From the NCBI GenBank assembly GCA_963825135.1, contig CAWGRW010000009.1, positions 1,824,001-1,888,000 on the forward strand: a DNA stretch of 64,000 nt. The letters run 5' to 3'. The position numbers and the translations under genes were made by a program. Within the stretch, counting starts at the first letter, position 1. The number at the start of each line of letters is the position of its first letter. The notes beneath the pieces are model-generated. The model was not told the DNA's origin. It ran no database searches and saw only the letters and a list, made by a program, of their open reading frames with translations. Shown piece after piece: positions 1 through 10,323 of this stretch. The DNA comes from an uncultured bacterium (GTDB lineage Bacteria; Desulfobacterota_D; UBA1144; Nemesobacterales; UBA2774).

Positions 1-108
1 GCTGTGGTAGTTCCCGATTTGGCAGCTCCCACCAAGAAAAAATTCGGCAGTTTCAACACCGTAACCCCGGTTATCCTTATCTCCGTGGATCGTTTGATCG
101 ATTATTGC

Positions 109-945
109 TCAGGAACGGCGCAGATAGGGGATTGCAGTCCTTTCACCCACAAACCACCCTTTGAACTCGTTCTCGAACGTCAATTCAGGGCCTTCGTCGG
201 ATTTTTTTCTCACGACCGTCATTCCCGGGCATCTCGAATTCGCCAGGTGGCTTTTCCTCGGAGTGTCAAGTGTAAGGACCTCAAAGCGCGGATTGTCGTA
301 TAGCTGCTTTACCGCTGCCCCAACTCCGTCGAAAAACAGGCTGTCGTGCATTAGAATATGACCGCCCTCATTCAGTAATTTCTCGAAGTTAATCAATTCC
401 CACATGGCTGTGTCGTAACTGTGATCGGAATCCAGCACCAGCAGGTCTAATTTCTTATCTTTCAGCAGATCAAGAGATTCTTGAGATATTTTAGGGATCC
501 AGCTGATAAGATGTGCGATTTCTGTGTTTTCCCATAGATGGTAAGTCTGCATGGGATCTATGCAGTATATGTGACCGTTGTTATTGAGGAGTTTTAGCGC
601 GCTTGCCATGTTGCATGTCGAGTACCCCTTGTAAACGCCGGTTTCCAATATAGTTTTGGGTTGAGTCAGAAGCACAAAGGCATAAAAAAATCTACCCACT
701 TCCAGCTCGACGCTCGCATAATCGTATTGATCAGCGGAATCCGGCGTATGCCACCCGCCCGTATTCCAATCGTACAGAGTTTCGTAACCCAGAACTGGTG
801 TTGGCTCCCATCCGTAGTCCGAGGCTTTGAATTCCTTGTGGAGAGTCGATGAAATCAGGCTTATTGCGGCCAATTTCCTTTCATCGTCTGGGAACCTCAT
901 TAGAAAGCTTAAGCATTTCTTTGCTATCCTGTCTATGAGCGTCAT
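109..945 (-). CDS. Class I SAM-dependent methyltransferase (Methyltransf_24-like)
   Basis: ILETGVYKGYS motif I, YCIDP, LVLDSDHSYD and ILMHDS motifs. Confidence 0.85.
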   Translation of the reverse strand: MTLIDRIAKKCLSFLMRFPDDERKLAAISLISSTLHKEFKASDYGWEPTPVLGYETLYDWNTGGWHTPDSADQYDYASVELEVGRFFYAFVLLTQPKTILETGVYKGYSTCNMASALKLLNNNGHIYCIDPMQTYHLWENTEIAHLISWIPKISQESLDLLKDKKLDLLVLDSDHSYDTAMWELINFEKLLNEGGHILMHDSLFFDGVGAAVKQLYDNPRFEVLTLDTPRKSHLANSRCPGMTVVRKKSDEGPELTFENEFKGWFVGERTAIPYLRRS

Positions 946-1362
946 ATCGGTCTCTACTCCTTATTGCGTAATTCTCTCTCGCCTCATATCGATATGATAC
1001 ATATTGTCGGGTATACGATCGGCATGAGTTGATATGCGAGCAATTACCATTTGGAAAAGAGCTTAAAGCTAGCCGCAAAGCATATTAATTCCAGCTTCTT
1101 TCGGTGAGTTATCTCTAGTCCGGCCGTAAAGATAACATTTTTTAAGCTCGTAAGAAAACGGCGGCGCCGGGAGACTCGGGCTGATGAAAAGATTGTAATC
1201 GGAATTCAGCCTATTTATTAGAAATCTCTTTGATAAGATTATTGATTATCAGGGGACTTCTATTTCTAATGAAAGACTGTCAGGAGATATTTCAAAGGCT
1301 CGCCGTTACAGTTATCAAGATATATCTTGCGGTCCGTAACGCAGGGTAAATCCGGGTAGGCA

Positions 1363-2151
1363 TCAGTTTAGCAGCCTGAAAGACCCTATCCCGTCGATGT
1401 GTACTCCAAAAGATTTGAATATTGCCCTATCGATGTTTCCGTAAATATTTACTTCCGCCTCGTCATGATACTTGACCTTTATTTCCTTGACCGCTCGGTT
1501 CACCCCCATCCAGCTCAGGGCATCATGGAAGGCTATGGTGCCCCTGTTGTTTAGTATCCCGATCGCTGTCTCGAAGTTATTCATCACCGATTCGTATGCA
1601 TGGTTGCCGTCGATGAAGATGAAATCAAATTTCCTGTTCCAGGCCTCGTCAATAATAACCCTTCTGTTTATCAGCTCATCCACCGCTTTGCGCTCTATCT
1701 TCGGCTCGTAATGCTCGTAGTCGTGGTACACACTGTCGTCATAAGTACCGAAAAACCCGGTAACAATTTCAAGCCGTTCCGGATAGAACTGCGAATTCAG
1801 TCTTTCAACAACGGAACGCGGCTCGTCGAAGACCCTATGGCGCAAATTTGGGTCTATTGCGGTTATTTTAGGGGTCCAGCCTTTTGTAATTTCCAGAAGC
1901 CAGCGTGTGGAGAATCCCAAAAAGCTGCCGACTTCGAGTATCGTAGCCGGTTTGTATTTGTGGAGTATCTGTTTCATCACATATGCGTCCGTGAATTTTA
2001 TGCTCCCCTCCCTCGCATCGCTCCATCTGAGTTCGAAGGGGTACTTGCTATCGGTATGGGAGACTAAATCGTAGAGGTGTTGCTTTAATTCGTTGAACAA
2101 TCGGTAATGCCTGTACACGTCTAAGGGGTTGAAAGAAGTAACAAGATCCAA
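1363..2151 (-). CDS. Class I SAM-dependent methyltransferase (Methyltransf_24-like)
   Basis: ILEVGSFLGFS, AIDP, FDFIFIDGNHAYE and IAFHD motifs; TTG start uncertain. Confidence 0.85.
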   Translation of the reverse strand: MDLVTSFNPLDVYRHYRLFNELKQHLYDLVSHTDSKYPFELRWSDAREGSIKFTDAYVMKQILHKYKPATILEVGSFLGFSTRWLLEITKGWTPKITAIDPNLRHRVFDEPRSVVERLNSQFYPERLEIVTGFFGTYDDSVYHDYEHYEPKIERKAVDELINRRVIIDEAWNRKFDFIFIDGNHAYESVMNNFETAIGILNNRGTIAFHDALSWMGVNRAVKEIKVKYHDEAEVNIYGNIDRAIFKSFGVHIDGIGSFRLLN

Positions 2152-2217
2152 TGATATAAAACCTCGGAAAGGACTCTACAAAAAAAACCGCCGGGTTACA
2201 CTTGTATTATTATACCA

Positions 2218-3636
2218 TTATGTCCTTTGGTATTTTAGGCTCGATGCCCACAATATAGGCAATAAAAGTATGCTCATCATCTCACCTAATATCGTGGACA
2301 GAATAAGCTTCCAGACATTGTGGAAATTGCTGTCAATTTCGTTAAAGTTTCTTGTGTTGAGCTGAAAACTATAGCTCTTCACAGCCGCGTATGAAAACGG
2401 GGAGCTGTTCTTAAAACTTACGGCTATATCAAATTTCTTGAAAAGCATTTTTATGAATATCGGAATCAAGTAAATCAGGCTATACGGCTTTGTTGTTTTG
2501 ATTGTTATTAGATTCTGGAAACCCTTATCGAAAAAGTCGGTTCTGTCGTCCGTAATCAGGAGTGTAAAATTGGCGTTGGGGTATGCGCTTGATAAAAAAT
2601 TGTACGCATTATAAATTTCATCCTTATCTCCGTCGTTTAAAATCAAAACATTCTTCACGCTTTTTGGAAAATCGGTCGACTTGTTTAGCGCCTCGTTGGT
2701 TGTATTGTTGTTAATTTTTTTTCCCCATCTACCGACCACGAAATCCAGGATGCCCTCGAAGCCTAGCTTCATCGTGTCTTCTCTGCCGTTCAGTCCCAAA
2801 AATACGAGTGAAGTGCATTTGTGCCTAAGGTATCTGTAAAATATCGATATCCTGTTGCTCAAGCCTATGTGTTTTGTATAAGTTAACAGGGAATTCCTGT
2901 TTCCATAATAATAATCGGCCATTATCCCTCTCTTCTCGGTAAAAGCGGGATGATACACTATCGAGCTCAGAACTGAAACTACTTTGAACCCGTTCTCCTT
3001 AAATCGCAGTCCCCAGTCCATGTCGTCCCAGAAAAAGAAATACCTTTCGTCCATCAGGCCCACGTCTTCCAACGCGCTCGCCCGGGCCAGAGCCGAGCAA
3101 ATTGCGACGTAATCAACCTCCATGATCCTGGCTTCGATATTTAGATTCCTGATGTTCCTGTATAACGGCTGGACGCCGATAGAGTCCCGTTTGAGAAAAG
3201 CCCCTGCTTCGACCGTGATGTCTCTTCTGTCGGAGTCGATGATCCTTGAACCCGCGATTCCGATCGTCTCGTCCTGTTCGAGCGCATCCACTAGTTCTCT
3301 AAGCGTGTTTGATTTGACTTCCGCATCGTTATCCAGGAGCCAGATATATTTGTAATGCCGATTTCTCAGTGCGTGCCTCATGCCGGAATTAAAGCCGCCC
3401 GTGCCGCCGAGGTTATCTGTGTTTATTACGAGTTCGATATCTGGGAACTGCTTTCTTATGGTTTCTGCCGAGTCGTCGGTGGAGGCGTTATCGACGACGA
3501 CTATATCATGATTGTGGTAGTCCAGGCTTTCGAGCGACCTCAACAGCTTCAGGGTGTCTTCCCTCTTGTTCCAATTGAGGATGATTACTGCAACTTTGGG
3601 ATTGGTGCCCGCATGCTCGCGTTCCAATTCGTTCAT
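2218..3636 (-). CDS. GT2 glycosyltransferase with C-terminal extra domain
   Basis: VIILNWN, VVDNASTD, NLGGTGGFN, LLDND and DERYF..WDDMDW motifs; paralog of 8145-9554. Confidence 0.9.
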   Translation of the reverse strand: MNELEREHAGTNPKVAVIILNWNKREDTLKLLRSLESLDYHNHDIVVVDNASTDDSAETIRKQFPDIELVINTDNLGGTGGFNSGMRHALRNRHYKYIWLLDNDAEVKSNTLRELVDALEQDETIGIAGSRIIDSDRRDITVEAGAFLKRDSIGVQPLYRNIRNLNIEARIMEVDYVAICSALARASALEDVGLMDERYFFFWDDMDWGLRFKENGFKVVSVLSSIVYHPAFTEKRGIMADYYYGNRNSLLTYTKHIGLSNRISIFYRYLRHKCTSLVFLGLNGREDTMKLGFEGILDFVVGRWGKKINNNTTNEALNKSTDFPKSVKNVLILNDGDKDEIYNAYNFLSSAYPNANFTLLITDDRTDFFDKGFQNLITIKTTKPYSLIYLIPIFIKMLFKKFDIAVSFKNSSPFSYAAVKSYSFQLNTRNFNEIDSNFHNVWKLILSTILGEMMSILLLPILWASSLKYQRT

Positions 3637-3832
3637 CTTGAACTCCTGTATGGATGTTATAATTATACACCCGTTATTAAAAAAATATCCGCGCCTGTTA
3701 TATTAAATAAGCGTGAGATTATGGGGAGTTAGCCGCATGAATGATTTCGTTCGCTTATTTTAGTATTCGGGAGCTTGGTCGTATCGAACCGTGCTTACAA
3801 CCTTTAGTATGATTGTTCTTTAAGTTGTTGGT

Positions 3833-4882
3833 TTAATTCTCAAATTCAGCTATGTCTATTATTTTCTTCATCCTGTCAATTAGTGTGTGGTCTTTTTTAA
3901 CTCGGTTACAACCTGCTTGGGCAATCTGTTCTCTTTTCTCGGGATTCTCAAGATAATATTCGACCTTTCTTCTTAAGTCGTCTTTATCTTTGAATGTAAC
4001 GACTTCTTTTTCGACTTCGAAGTATTTACCAATATCCCGCTTCTCATCGACGATCTGAAACGCGCTACAGGCGGGTATCTCGAAAAGCCTGTAATTCCCC
4101 CCGCTAACTTCGAAATCCCTGTGTAGGTTGAGGACAATTTTCGAAGATTTGAAAACCTTTATTAAGCTTTCACCATAGGCTATTCCCCGGTGAAAATCTT
4201 TTAAGTTTGTATCATATTCTCCCATATTCCAGCTCCAGATTCCCAGGTTAAAATCGGAGAGCGCTTGTAAGTACTCTTCTCTGTACTCATCGAATAGACC
4301 CACGAAAGCTATGTCCGCGCTGTTTTCCTCGATGAAGCGCTGATCCGGGACAATGCTTTCGTAGTAGTCCGTATCGCATCCGAGCGGGACTATGCGGAGG
4401 TTATGGATCCCCAGTTCCTGGTTATAGAACTCAATGTAAGAAGGATCATAAATCAGGGTAAAGTCCGAGGCGCGTAAGAGCTTATGTATCCCCGGGGATA
4501 CCTGAGAGGGATGAATCCCTAACCATACTAAAACACGCGTGCCCCTTTGTCTGATTTTCTTGATTATTAACGGGAGATAGTATGTATCAAGCGGGTGTAT
4601 AAATAATAAATCGGGTTTGTAATCCCTGACCTCCTGATATAGTTGATTGATCAACAGTAAATCGTGTGGTATGTCTGCAAGCCACTTTCGCCGTCTTCTG
4701 AATTCAAGAAATATATTTTCTACAAACCTCCACATTATAGGGTTATAGATGCTTTCTGTCGTTTGTACCAGTCGAACTTCGTGGCCGAGGGTTTTTGCGG
4801 CTTTGGCTAAACCGGAAACGTACTGGCTTATAAAAAATGAGTATTTATGGAATGTAACTGGCGCTGCAAAGAGAATTTTCAT
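3833..4882 (-). CDS. CgeB-like glycosyltransferase (Glyco_trans_1_2)
   Basis: DIAFVG, SKIVLNLH, NYRLFEIPAC and C-terminal HTLIDRM motifs. Confidence 0.85.
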   Translation of the reverse strand: MKILFAAPVTFHKYSFFISQYVSGLAKAAKTLGHEVRLVQTTESIYNPIMWRFVENIFLEFRRRRKWLADIPHDLLLINQLYQEVRDYKPDLLFIHPLDTYYLPLIIKKIRQRGTRVLVWLGIHPSQVSPGIHKLLRASDFTLIYDPSYIEFYNQELGIHNLRIVPLGCDTDYYESIVPDQRFIEENSADIAFVGLFDEYREEYLQALSDFNLGIWSWNMGEYDTNLKDFHRGIAYGESLIKVFKSSKIVLNLHRDFEVSGGNYRLFEIPACSAFQIVDEKRDIGKYFEVEKEVVTFKDKDDLRRKVEYYLENPEKREQIAQAGCNRVKKDHTLIDRMKKIIDIAEFEN

Positions 4883-5214
4883 TTTATATCGATCTTCTTA
4901 AGCCTTTTTCCGTTTATGATGGAAAATACGGAATAAAAAGTATGATATAAAAGAAAAATCAGGAGAGAAATATATAGGAAGATGAATTTAAGTTTTTCAG
5001 TGATGCAGTCGACAATACGTTTGATGTTCATGTTGATAATTAGTTATCTGTTTGAGTTGTTAGATATTCTTACTGCATTTATATTTACTATTATTTATAA
5101 AGATTTTCAAGTTAATTGCTTGAAATGGTTTGACTCGGGGCGGCACGAGGCCGAATCATTTTTGCATACATTTTTGGGATGTACACACAATGGGTTATTG
5201 AATTACGCTATATC

Positions 5215-6153
5215 TCAAAAATAAACTGTAATATTGTTTGCTTCCCTTATGCTTGTGCGTTTCATCCTTTTCATATGTCGATCCTTTGATATTACTGCTG
5301 TTAATAGAGTGATATAGTTGTCGTTATCTTTCGGATTTGCTGCAATTGATTGTAGGTAATACTTTAGGCTCGTGAGCATATCATTATTCAGATAATACAG
5401 GAAACCCAATCGTTGAAGCAAATAACTCGCCGTCTTGGGATTCTTGCATATTAACTTCCTGTACTTCTTGAATAATAATTCCCTAACTTTAATCGTGCTA
5501 TTGATATTGGTAGAGGTTTGCTCCCCATGAGTATAAACTTTTGCGAGTGGTTCGTCGACGTAATCAAATTTAAATTTATCCGAAATTCGAATCCACATAT
5601 CCCAGTCATCGTAACTGGGCAGAGAATCGTCGAAGAGTCCGCAGGTATCGAAACACTCCTTTCTTATCAGGGCAGTCGGGCTTCCAATGCAATTGTGCAT
5701 TAATAAGGTTTCAAAAAGATCTCCTTTTAATTTGGGCTGAACCTGACCATGGATCGTATCCGGCTCATATACTATCAAATACCCACAATAAACGACGCCA
5801 ACTTCTTTAGGCAATTCTCGGACTTTATTAATTTGCAGTTCCAGTTTATTTGGCAGATATTCGTCATCGGAATCGAGTAATGAAATGTATAATCCTTTGG
5901 CAGCATCTATTCCTATGTTTCTTGCTCCTGCCGGGCCTCTGTTGGATTCTAGTTTGATATATTTGATTCTATTATCATCGATGCTCTTAACAACTTGTTC
6001 GGTATTATCTTTTGAGCAGTCATCCACTATAATCATTTCAAAGTTTGTAAATGTTTGGTTGAGCACGCTGGATATCGCTCTTTTCAAAAACGAGGCTCTG
6101 TTATAAGTAGGCGTAATAATAGTGATGTCCGGTCTCGTGTTTTTGTTGATCAT
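5215..6153 (-). CDS. GT2 glycosyltransferase
   Basis: IITPTYNR, IVDDCSKD, GPAGARN, LLDSDD and DDWDMWIR motifs. Confidence 0.92.
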   Translation of the reverse strand: MINKNTRPDITIITPTYNRASFLKRAISSVLNQTFTNFEMIIVDDCSKDNTEQVVKSIDDNRIKYIKLESNRGPAGARNIGIDAAKGLYISLLDSDDEYLPNKLELQINKVRELPKEVGVVYCGYLIVYEPDTIHGQVQPKLKGDLFETLLMHNCIGSPTALIRKECFDTCGLFDDSLPSYDDWDMWIRISDKFKFDYVDEPLAKVYTHGEQTSTNINSTIKVRELLFKKYRKLICKNPKTASYLLQRLGFLYYLNNDMLTSLKYYLQSIAANPKDNDNYITLLTAVISKDRHMKRMKRTSIREANNITVYF

Positions 6154-6160
6154 TTCAATA

Positions 6161-7096
6161 TCAATTGTTTGGTTTTAGTCGTTTATTGTAACATCGAAAA
6201 GTCTGGAAATGAGTATGCAACCTTAATACCAATCTGCATAACGCTCTGATTGATACAATCTTCGTTTTCGTTAAACAGTCAAGGTCTCTGTAGCTTCTAG
6301 AAATGTTATGACTATATGATTGGTAGAATTCAATTAGATCGAGATGGTCTTTGCTGATGTACTTCCAATGATTTCTATGTCTGATTTCTTTATTTAGGAA
6401 ATGGAGTAATGATTTTGAATAATCATGATAAATAATCGCCTTTGGATAATATATAATTGAATTTGGATTCATGGTTTTGGCTATAATTCTCTTTGATATT
6501 TCTAATCCCTCGTGACCTCCTGCACCCTCTAATGCGGTACTGAATCCACCGACCTCGAGTAAAATATTTTTATTAAACGAGGAATTGCCCTCGAGGTTGA
6601 CAAGGTAAGGAATGGTATCATTCCCCAAATCATAATGTAATGCAAAATGATTAAAAATCGATTTTGTTCTTGGGAGGCATTTACCTCGTAAAGCTGAGAT
6701 GTTATTAATTTGGTGTGCATTGATGTGTTCATCAATAAAATTCTCCCCTGGTATTGCATCATCATCCAGGAAAATCAGAATTTTACCTTTTGAATAACTG
6801 ATACCAACGTTTCTTCCAACAGTTAAACCGCAGTTGTGTTTAAGTTTGATATAATTTATATATGTACCAGAAATGAGTTGCTGTAAATGATAGGATTCTC
6901 CGCCATTGTCGATTATGAGTATTTCGTAAGAACTTAAGGTTTTATCTACCAAAGATTCGATGGTTTGTTTGAATAATGTGATGTTTGGATTATAAGTGAC
7001 AATAATTACCGATGCTGTGGGAATCTTTGTTTTGTTATGAATTATTGTTTTTTCGATTAAATTGCCAATAGCATGTTTATCTAATAAATCTTTCAT
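6161..7096 (-). CDS. GT2 glycosyltransferase
   Basis: SVIIVTYN, IIDN, GRNVG and IFLDDD motifs. Confidence 0.88.
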   Translation of the reverse strand: MKDLLDKHAIGNLIEKTIIHNKTKIPTASVIIVTYNPNITLFKQTIESLVDKTLSSYEILIIDNGGESYHLQQLISGTYINYIKLKHNCGLTVGRNVGISYSKGKILIFLDDDAIPGENFIDEHINAHQINNISALRGKCLPRTKSIFNHFALHYDLGNDTIPYLVNLEGNSSFNKNILLEVGGFSTALEGAGGHEGLEISKRIIAKTMNPNSIIYYPKAIIYHDYSKSLLHFLNKEIRHRNHWKYISKDHLDLIEFYQSYSHNISRSYRDLDCLTKTKIVSIRALCRLVLRLHTHFQTFRCYNKRLKPNN

Positions 7097-7339
7097 CTTC
7101 TTTTAACTGAATCCTCAACATTATTTACAGATATGGCTTGGATACGATCATTTGTGAATAATTTCAAGAAATCTGTCTAAAACATATAAAACGTTCACGA
7201 TCTATGTTGTTCCATCGCCTTCCAGGTTTGCGAAACATCCGAAATTAGAATTCGTTGCGGATGCGCGTAAGAACATTTAGATCGTTGACTTGAGGGGTGG
7301 TATGTCATCGGCGGTTTTAGTTTATTGAAAGTTAAAATT

Positions 7340-8117
7340 TTAGCTCTGTTTTCTCCCAATCAATAATTTGATATTGTTTCCCTTCAGCCATTTCTGTTTG
7401 GTAAGTATATAATCAAAAATGAATAATAAAGGTGAGCTGAGATTATTGATTGTATAGGGTAAGACGCGGAGTCTCCTGTTCATAAGGAAATAGATCGGTA
7501 TTATCTCTAAAATTTGTATTCCATTATCGTCCAGAGTCTTATATCTGTTGAGTCCCCTCAGTTTTGTGTTGGAAGCGGGAAAGATGTCTTTATCGCCAAA
7601 ATAATCTGAAATAAGCAGGTATCCGCCTACTTTCAAACAAACGGCCAGATTATAAAGCGCTCTTTCGAATTTTACATCATCGACGATATGAAATACTACG
7701 TTCAGCATATTGATTATATCGAATTGGTTCTCTAAATATGTCTTGTTTGCGGCAAGGTCCGCGGATATATCCATGGTAATGAATTTTCCGTCAGGCATTG
7801 ACCGCCGGAGGGACTCAATCGAAGTCGTAGTGATGTCGATACCCGTGACTTGAGCTGAGTTGTTGAGATAAAATTTGGAAAAAAATCCTGTGCCGCAGCC
7901 TACATCGAGGACCCTTTTCCCATTTAAGCGATATGTCGTGTCTTCTCAGAGCATCTTTTAAAACAAGCAGCTGCAGTTTGTACAAGTATTCGTTGTACAT
8001 ATGGTTGAACGTAGGGTGTCCCACGGCAACGATATCGAATCCTGATTTGAACCTGTTTTCCCAATACTTCCGGGGATCGTACGGGTTCAGATATTCCGGA
8101 TTATTTTTATCGCTCAT
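7340..8117 (-). pseudogene. Class I SAM-dependent methyltransferase interrupted by a 1-nt insertion (pseudogene or sequencing error)
   Basis: ATG at 8117 follows an AAAGGA RBS. Removing one base at about 7922-7925 gives ...DISL(N/K)GKRVLDVGCGTGFFS...VTGIDI continuing into ORF 7340-7798. Confidence 0.85.
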
Positions 8118-8144
8118 AACTAATCCTTTATACGGCTGCATCCA

Positions 8145-9554
8145 TTATTGGTGGGCCAGGCTCTTCAGATAAACAAAGGGCATTAGGATTAAGGCGAGCA
8201 GTTCGCCCCCGAAGAACGAGACGAATAATTTCCAGGAAGCGTATATGTCCTCATTGCTCTTAACGAAGTAATTTCTTTTGTGGTCGTAAAGATAGTATTT
8301 TTTTACCGCATATGAGAATGGAAGCAGGGAGCGGCTCGGACTGATGCAGATATCGTAGTTGGATTCGAGTATCTCTTTTAAGACAGAAAGCGTTTGGATC
8401 GTCGATTGTCTGTACCCCTCGAATACGATAAAACGGTCGATTTCGAGGTCTTTAAAAAGCTCATATCTGTCGGCCTGAATCAGGAGTGTAATATGGCAAT
8501 TCTGACTCACTTCCGTCAGCCTCTCCGCCATACTCTTTATTACTGAATAGCTTGCGTTAGGCAAAATGATCACTTTGGATTCCTTGCCGATTCTAAGGCC
8601 CTCAAAAGGAATGATCAACGATACGGGATCGGGAGTTTCGTCCGTCTTTACCGACAGGCTCGATTTATAGAATTTGCCGCGTATAAAATCCAGCGGTCCA
8701 TAAATAAGCAGTTTCGAGGTTGTATGCAGACCGCTTAATAATGTGTATACGACACCTTTCCCCGTGCCGCGCAGCATATTGAGTATGTATAGAAATCTTT
8801 TTGCTCCGCTCTGGTGCTTTGTGATCGTCAGGAGCCCGTTTCTGATATCGTAATATGAAATGAGCGGGTTGACGGGTTTGTCTTCCAGCCCGTGATAAGC
8901 TTTGGACCTTGGGGATGCCATCACCTTATAACCCGCCTGCTTTGCCCTAAGCGCGAGGTCGATGTCGTCCCAGTGTATGAAGTACCTCTCGTCCATTACG
9001 CCGATTTTGTAAAGCGCCTCGTTTCTGACAAGGGACGAACAAGCAGCCACGTAATCCACTTCTGTAGGTCCGACGTCCTTCATTGCGCTTAGTCTGTTAT
9101 TCCTGTAATTAGGTTTCCACGTCCCTATTGACCACGACACAAATGCGCCGAGCTCGACTATCATGTCCATATCGGGTTCCATTATAACGGACCCCGTTAT
9201 ACCCACTTTATCGTCCTGCTCCATTACCTTTACGAGCTCAATAAGTGTTTCACTCTCGACTACGGCGTCATTATCCAGGAGCCATGTGTATTTATAACCG
9301 CCTTTCTGAAGCACGTATCTGAGCCCCGTGTTGAACCCTCCTGTGCCGCCGAGATTCTCGGAATTCTCTATCAGGTTCACATTGGGGAACTGTTCCCTGA
9401 TTGCCTGGGACGTGTCGTCGGTAGAAGCGTTGTCGACCACTATGATTTCGTGGTTATCGTAATCGATATTGCTGAGCGACGTCAGAAGCTCCATGACGTA
9501 GCTTTTTTTGTTCCATGTCACTATAACTATTGCAACTTTCGGATTTTCACTCAT
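8145..9554 (-). CDS. GT2 glycosyltransferase with C-terminal extra domain
   Basis: IVIVTWN, VVDNASTD, NLGGTGGFN, LLDND and DERYFIHWDD motifs; paralog of 2218-3636. Confidence 0.9.
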   Translation of the reverse strand: MSENPKVAIVIVTWNKKSYVMELLTSLSNIDYDNHEIIVVDNASTDDTSQAIREQFPNVNLIENSENLGGTGGFNTGLRYVLQKGGYKYTWLLDNDAVVESETLIELVKVMEQDDKVGITGSVIMEPDMDMIVELGAFVSWSIGTWKPNYRNNRLSAMKDVGPTEVDYVAACSSLVRNEALYKIGVMDERYFIHWDDIDLALRAKQAGYKVMASPRSKAYHGLEDKPVNPLISYYDIRNGLLTITKHQSGAKRFLYILNMLRGTGKGVVYTLLSGLHTTSKLLIYGPLDFIRGKFYKSSLSVKTDETPDPVSLIIPFEGLRIGKESKVIILPNASYSVIKSMAERLTEVSQNCHITLLIQADRYELFKDLEIDRFIVFEGYRQSTIQTLSVLKEILESNYDICISPSRSLLPFSYAVKKYYLYDHKRNYFVKSNEDIYASWKLFVSFFGGELLALILMPFVYLKSLAHQ

Positions 9555-9612
9555 TAGATTTCAATTTGTACGTTGCCGACTCCGATTTCTATTATAGCCT
9601 AAAATCTGATGT

Positions 9613-10323
9613 TTACGAATTAATTATCTCGCCGCTTTTTATCAACAATATTCTGTCCGTCAGCTCTTCCATCTTTTTCCTGTTGTGGGAGACGATCAAT
9701 ACGGTCTTATCATTTTTTTTGAGATCCTTGATTTTGTGGATGCACTTCTCCTGGAATGATTCGTCCCCCACGGCCAGTATCTCGTCTATCAATATTATAT
9801 CCGCGCTGCTGTGAACGGCTATCGAAAAGCCGAGCCTTGCATTCATTCCATTGGAATATTTCTTGACGGGCATGTCCATAAATTTTTGTTCTATTTCCGA
9901 AAAGTCGATTATGCTACTGATTTTCTCCCTGATTTCTCTGATTGACATGCCGATTATCGTGCCGTTGGTGTAGATGTTCTCCCTCCCGGTCAGGTCCGGG
10001 TGAAACCCGGCGCCGACCGATATCAACGGCGCCACCCTGCCGCAGACCGCGACCCCGCCCAGGTTGGGGTATGTAACGGAGGCTATCAGCTTCAGCACGG
10101 TCGTCTTGCCGGCTCCGTTCGGACCGAATAGTCCCACGCACTCCCCTTTTTGCACGCGGATATTTATCCCCTTTAATGCCCAGAACTCCCCCTCCGAAAG
10201 ATTCCCCCGCGGGCCTTTCCTGAAAAGATCGGAGATCTCTTCCCTGAGGGACTTATGGAATATGTCCCTGGTCGAATATTTCTTCCATACATCGTTGAAT
10301 ACTATGATTCCGTCAGATGACAT
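9613..10323 (-). CDS. wzt: Polysaccharide ABC transporter ATP-binding subunit
   Basis: FWALK, Walker A GPNGAGKT, LTGREN, YSNGM signature and LIDEILAVGD. Confidence 0.93.
   Translation of the reverse strand: MSSDGIIVFNDVWKKYSTRDIFHKSLREEISDLFRKGPRGNLSEGEFWALKGINIRVQKGECVGLFGPNGAGKTTVLKLIASVTYPNLGGVAVCGRVAPLISVGAGFHPDLTGRENIYTNGTIIGMSIREIREKISSIIDFSEIEQKFMDMPVKKYSNGMNARLGFSIAVHSSADIILIDEILAVGDESFQEKCIHKIKDLKKNDKTVLIVSHNRKKMEELTDRILLIKSGEIINS

Noticed and set aside
4982..5224. 80-aa plus-strand ORF in the AT-rich spacer
   Set aside because: Opposite to the cluster orientation, low complexity, no recognised motif
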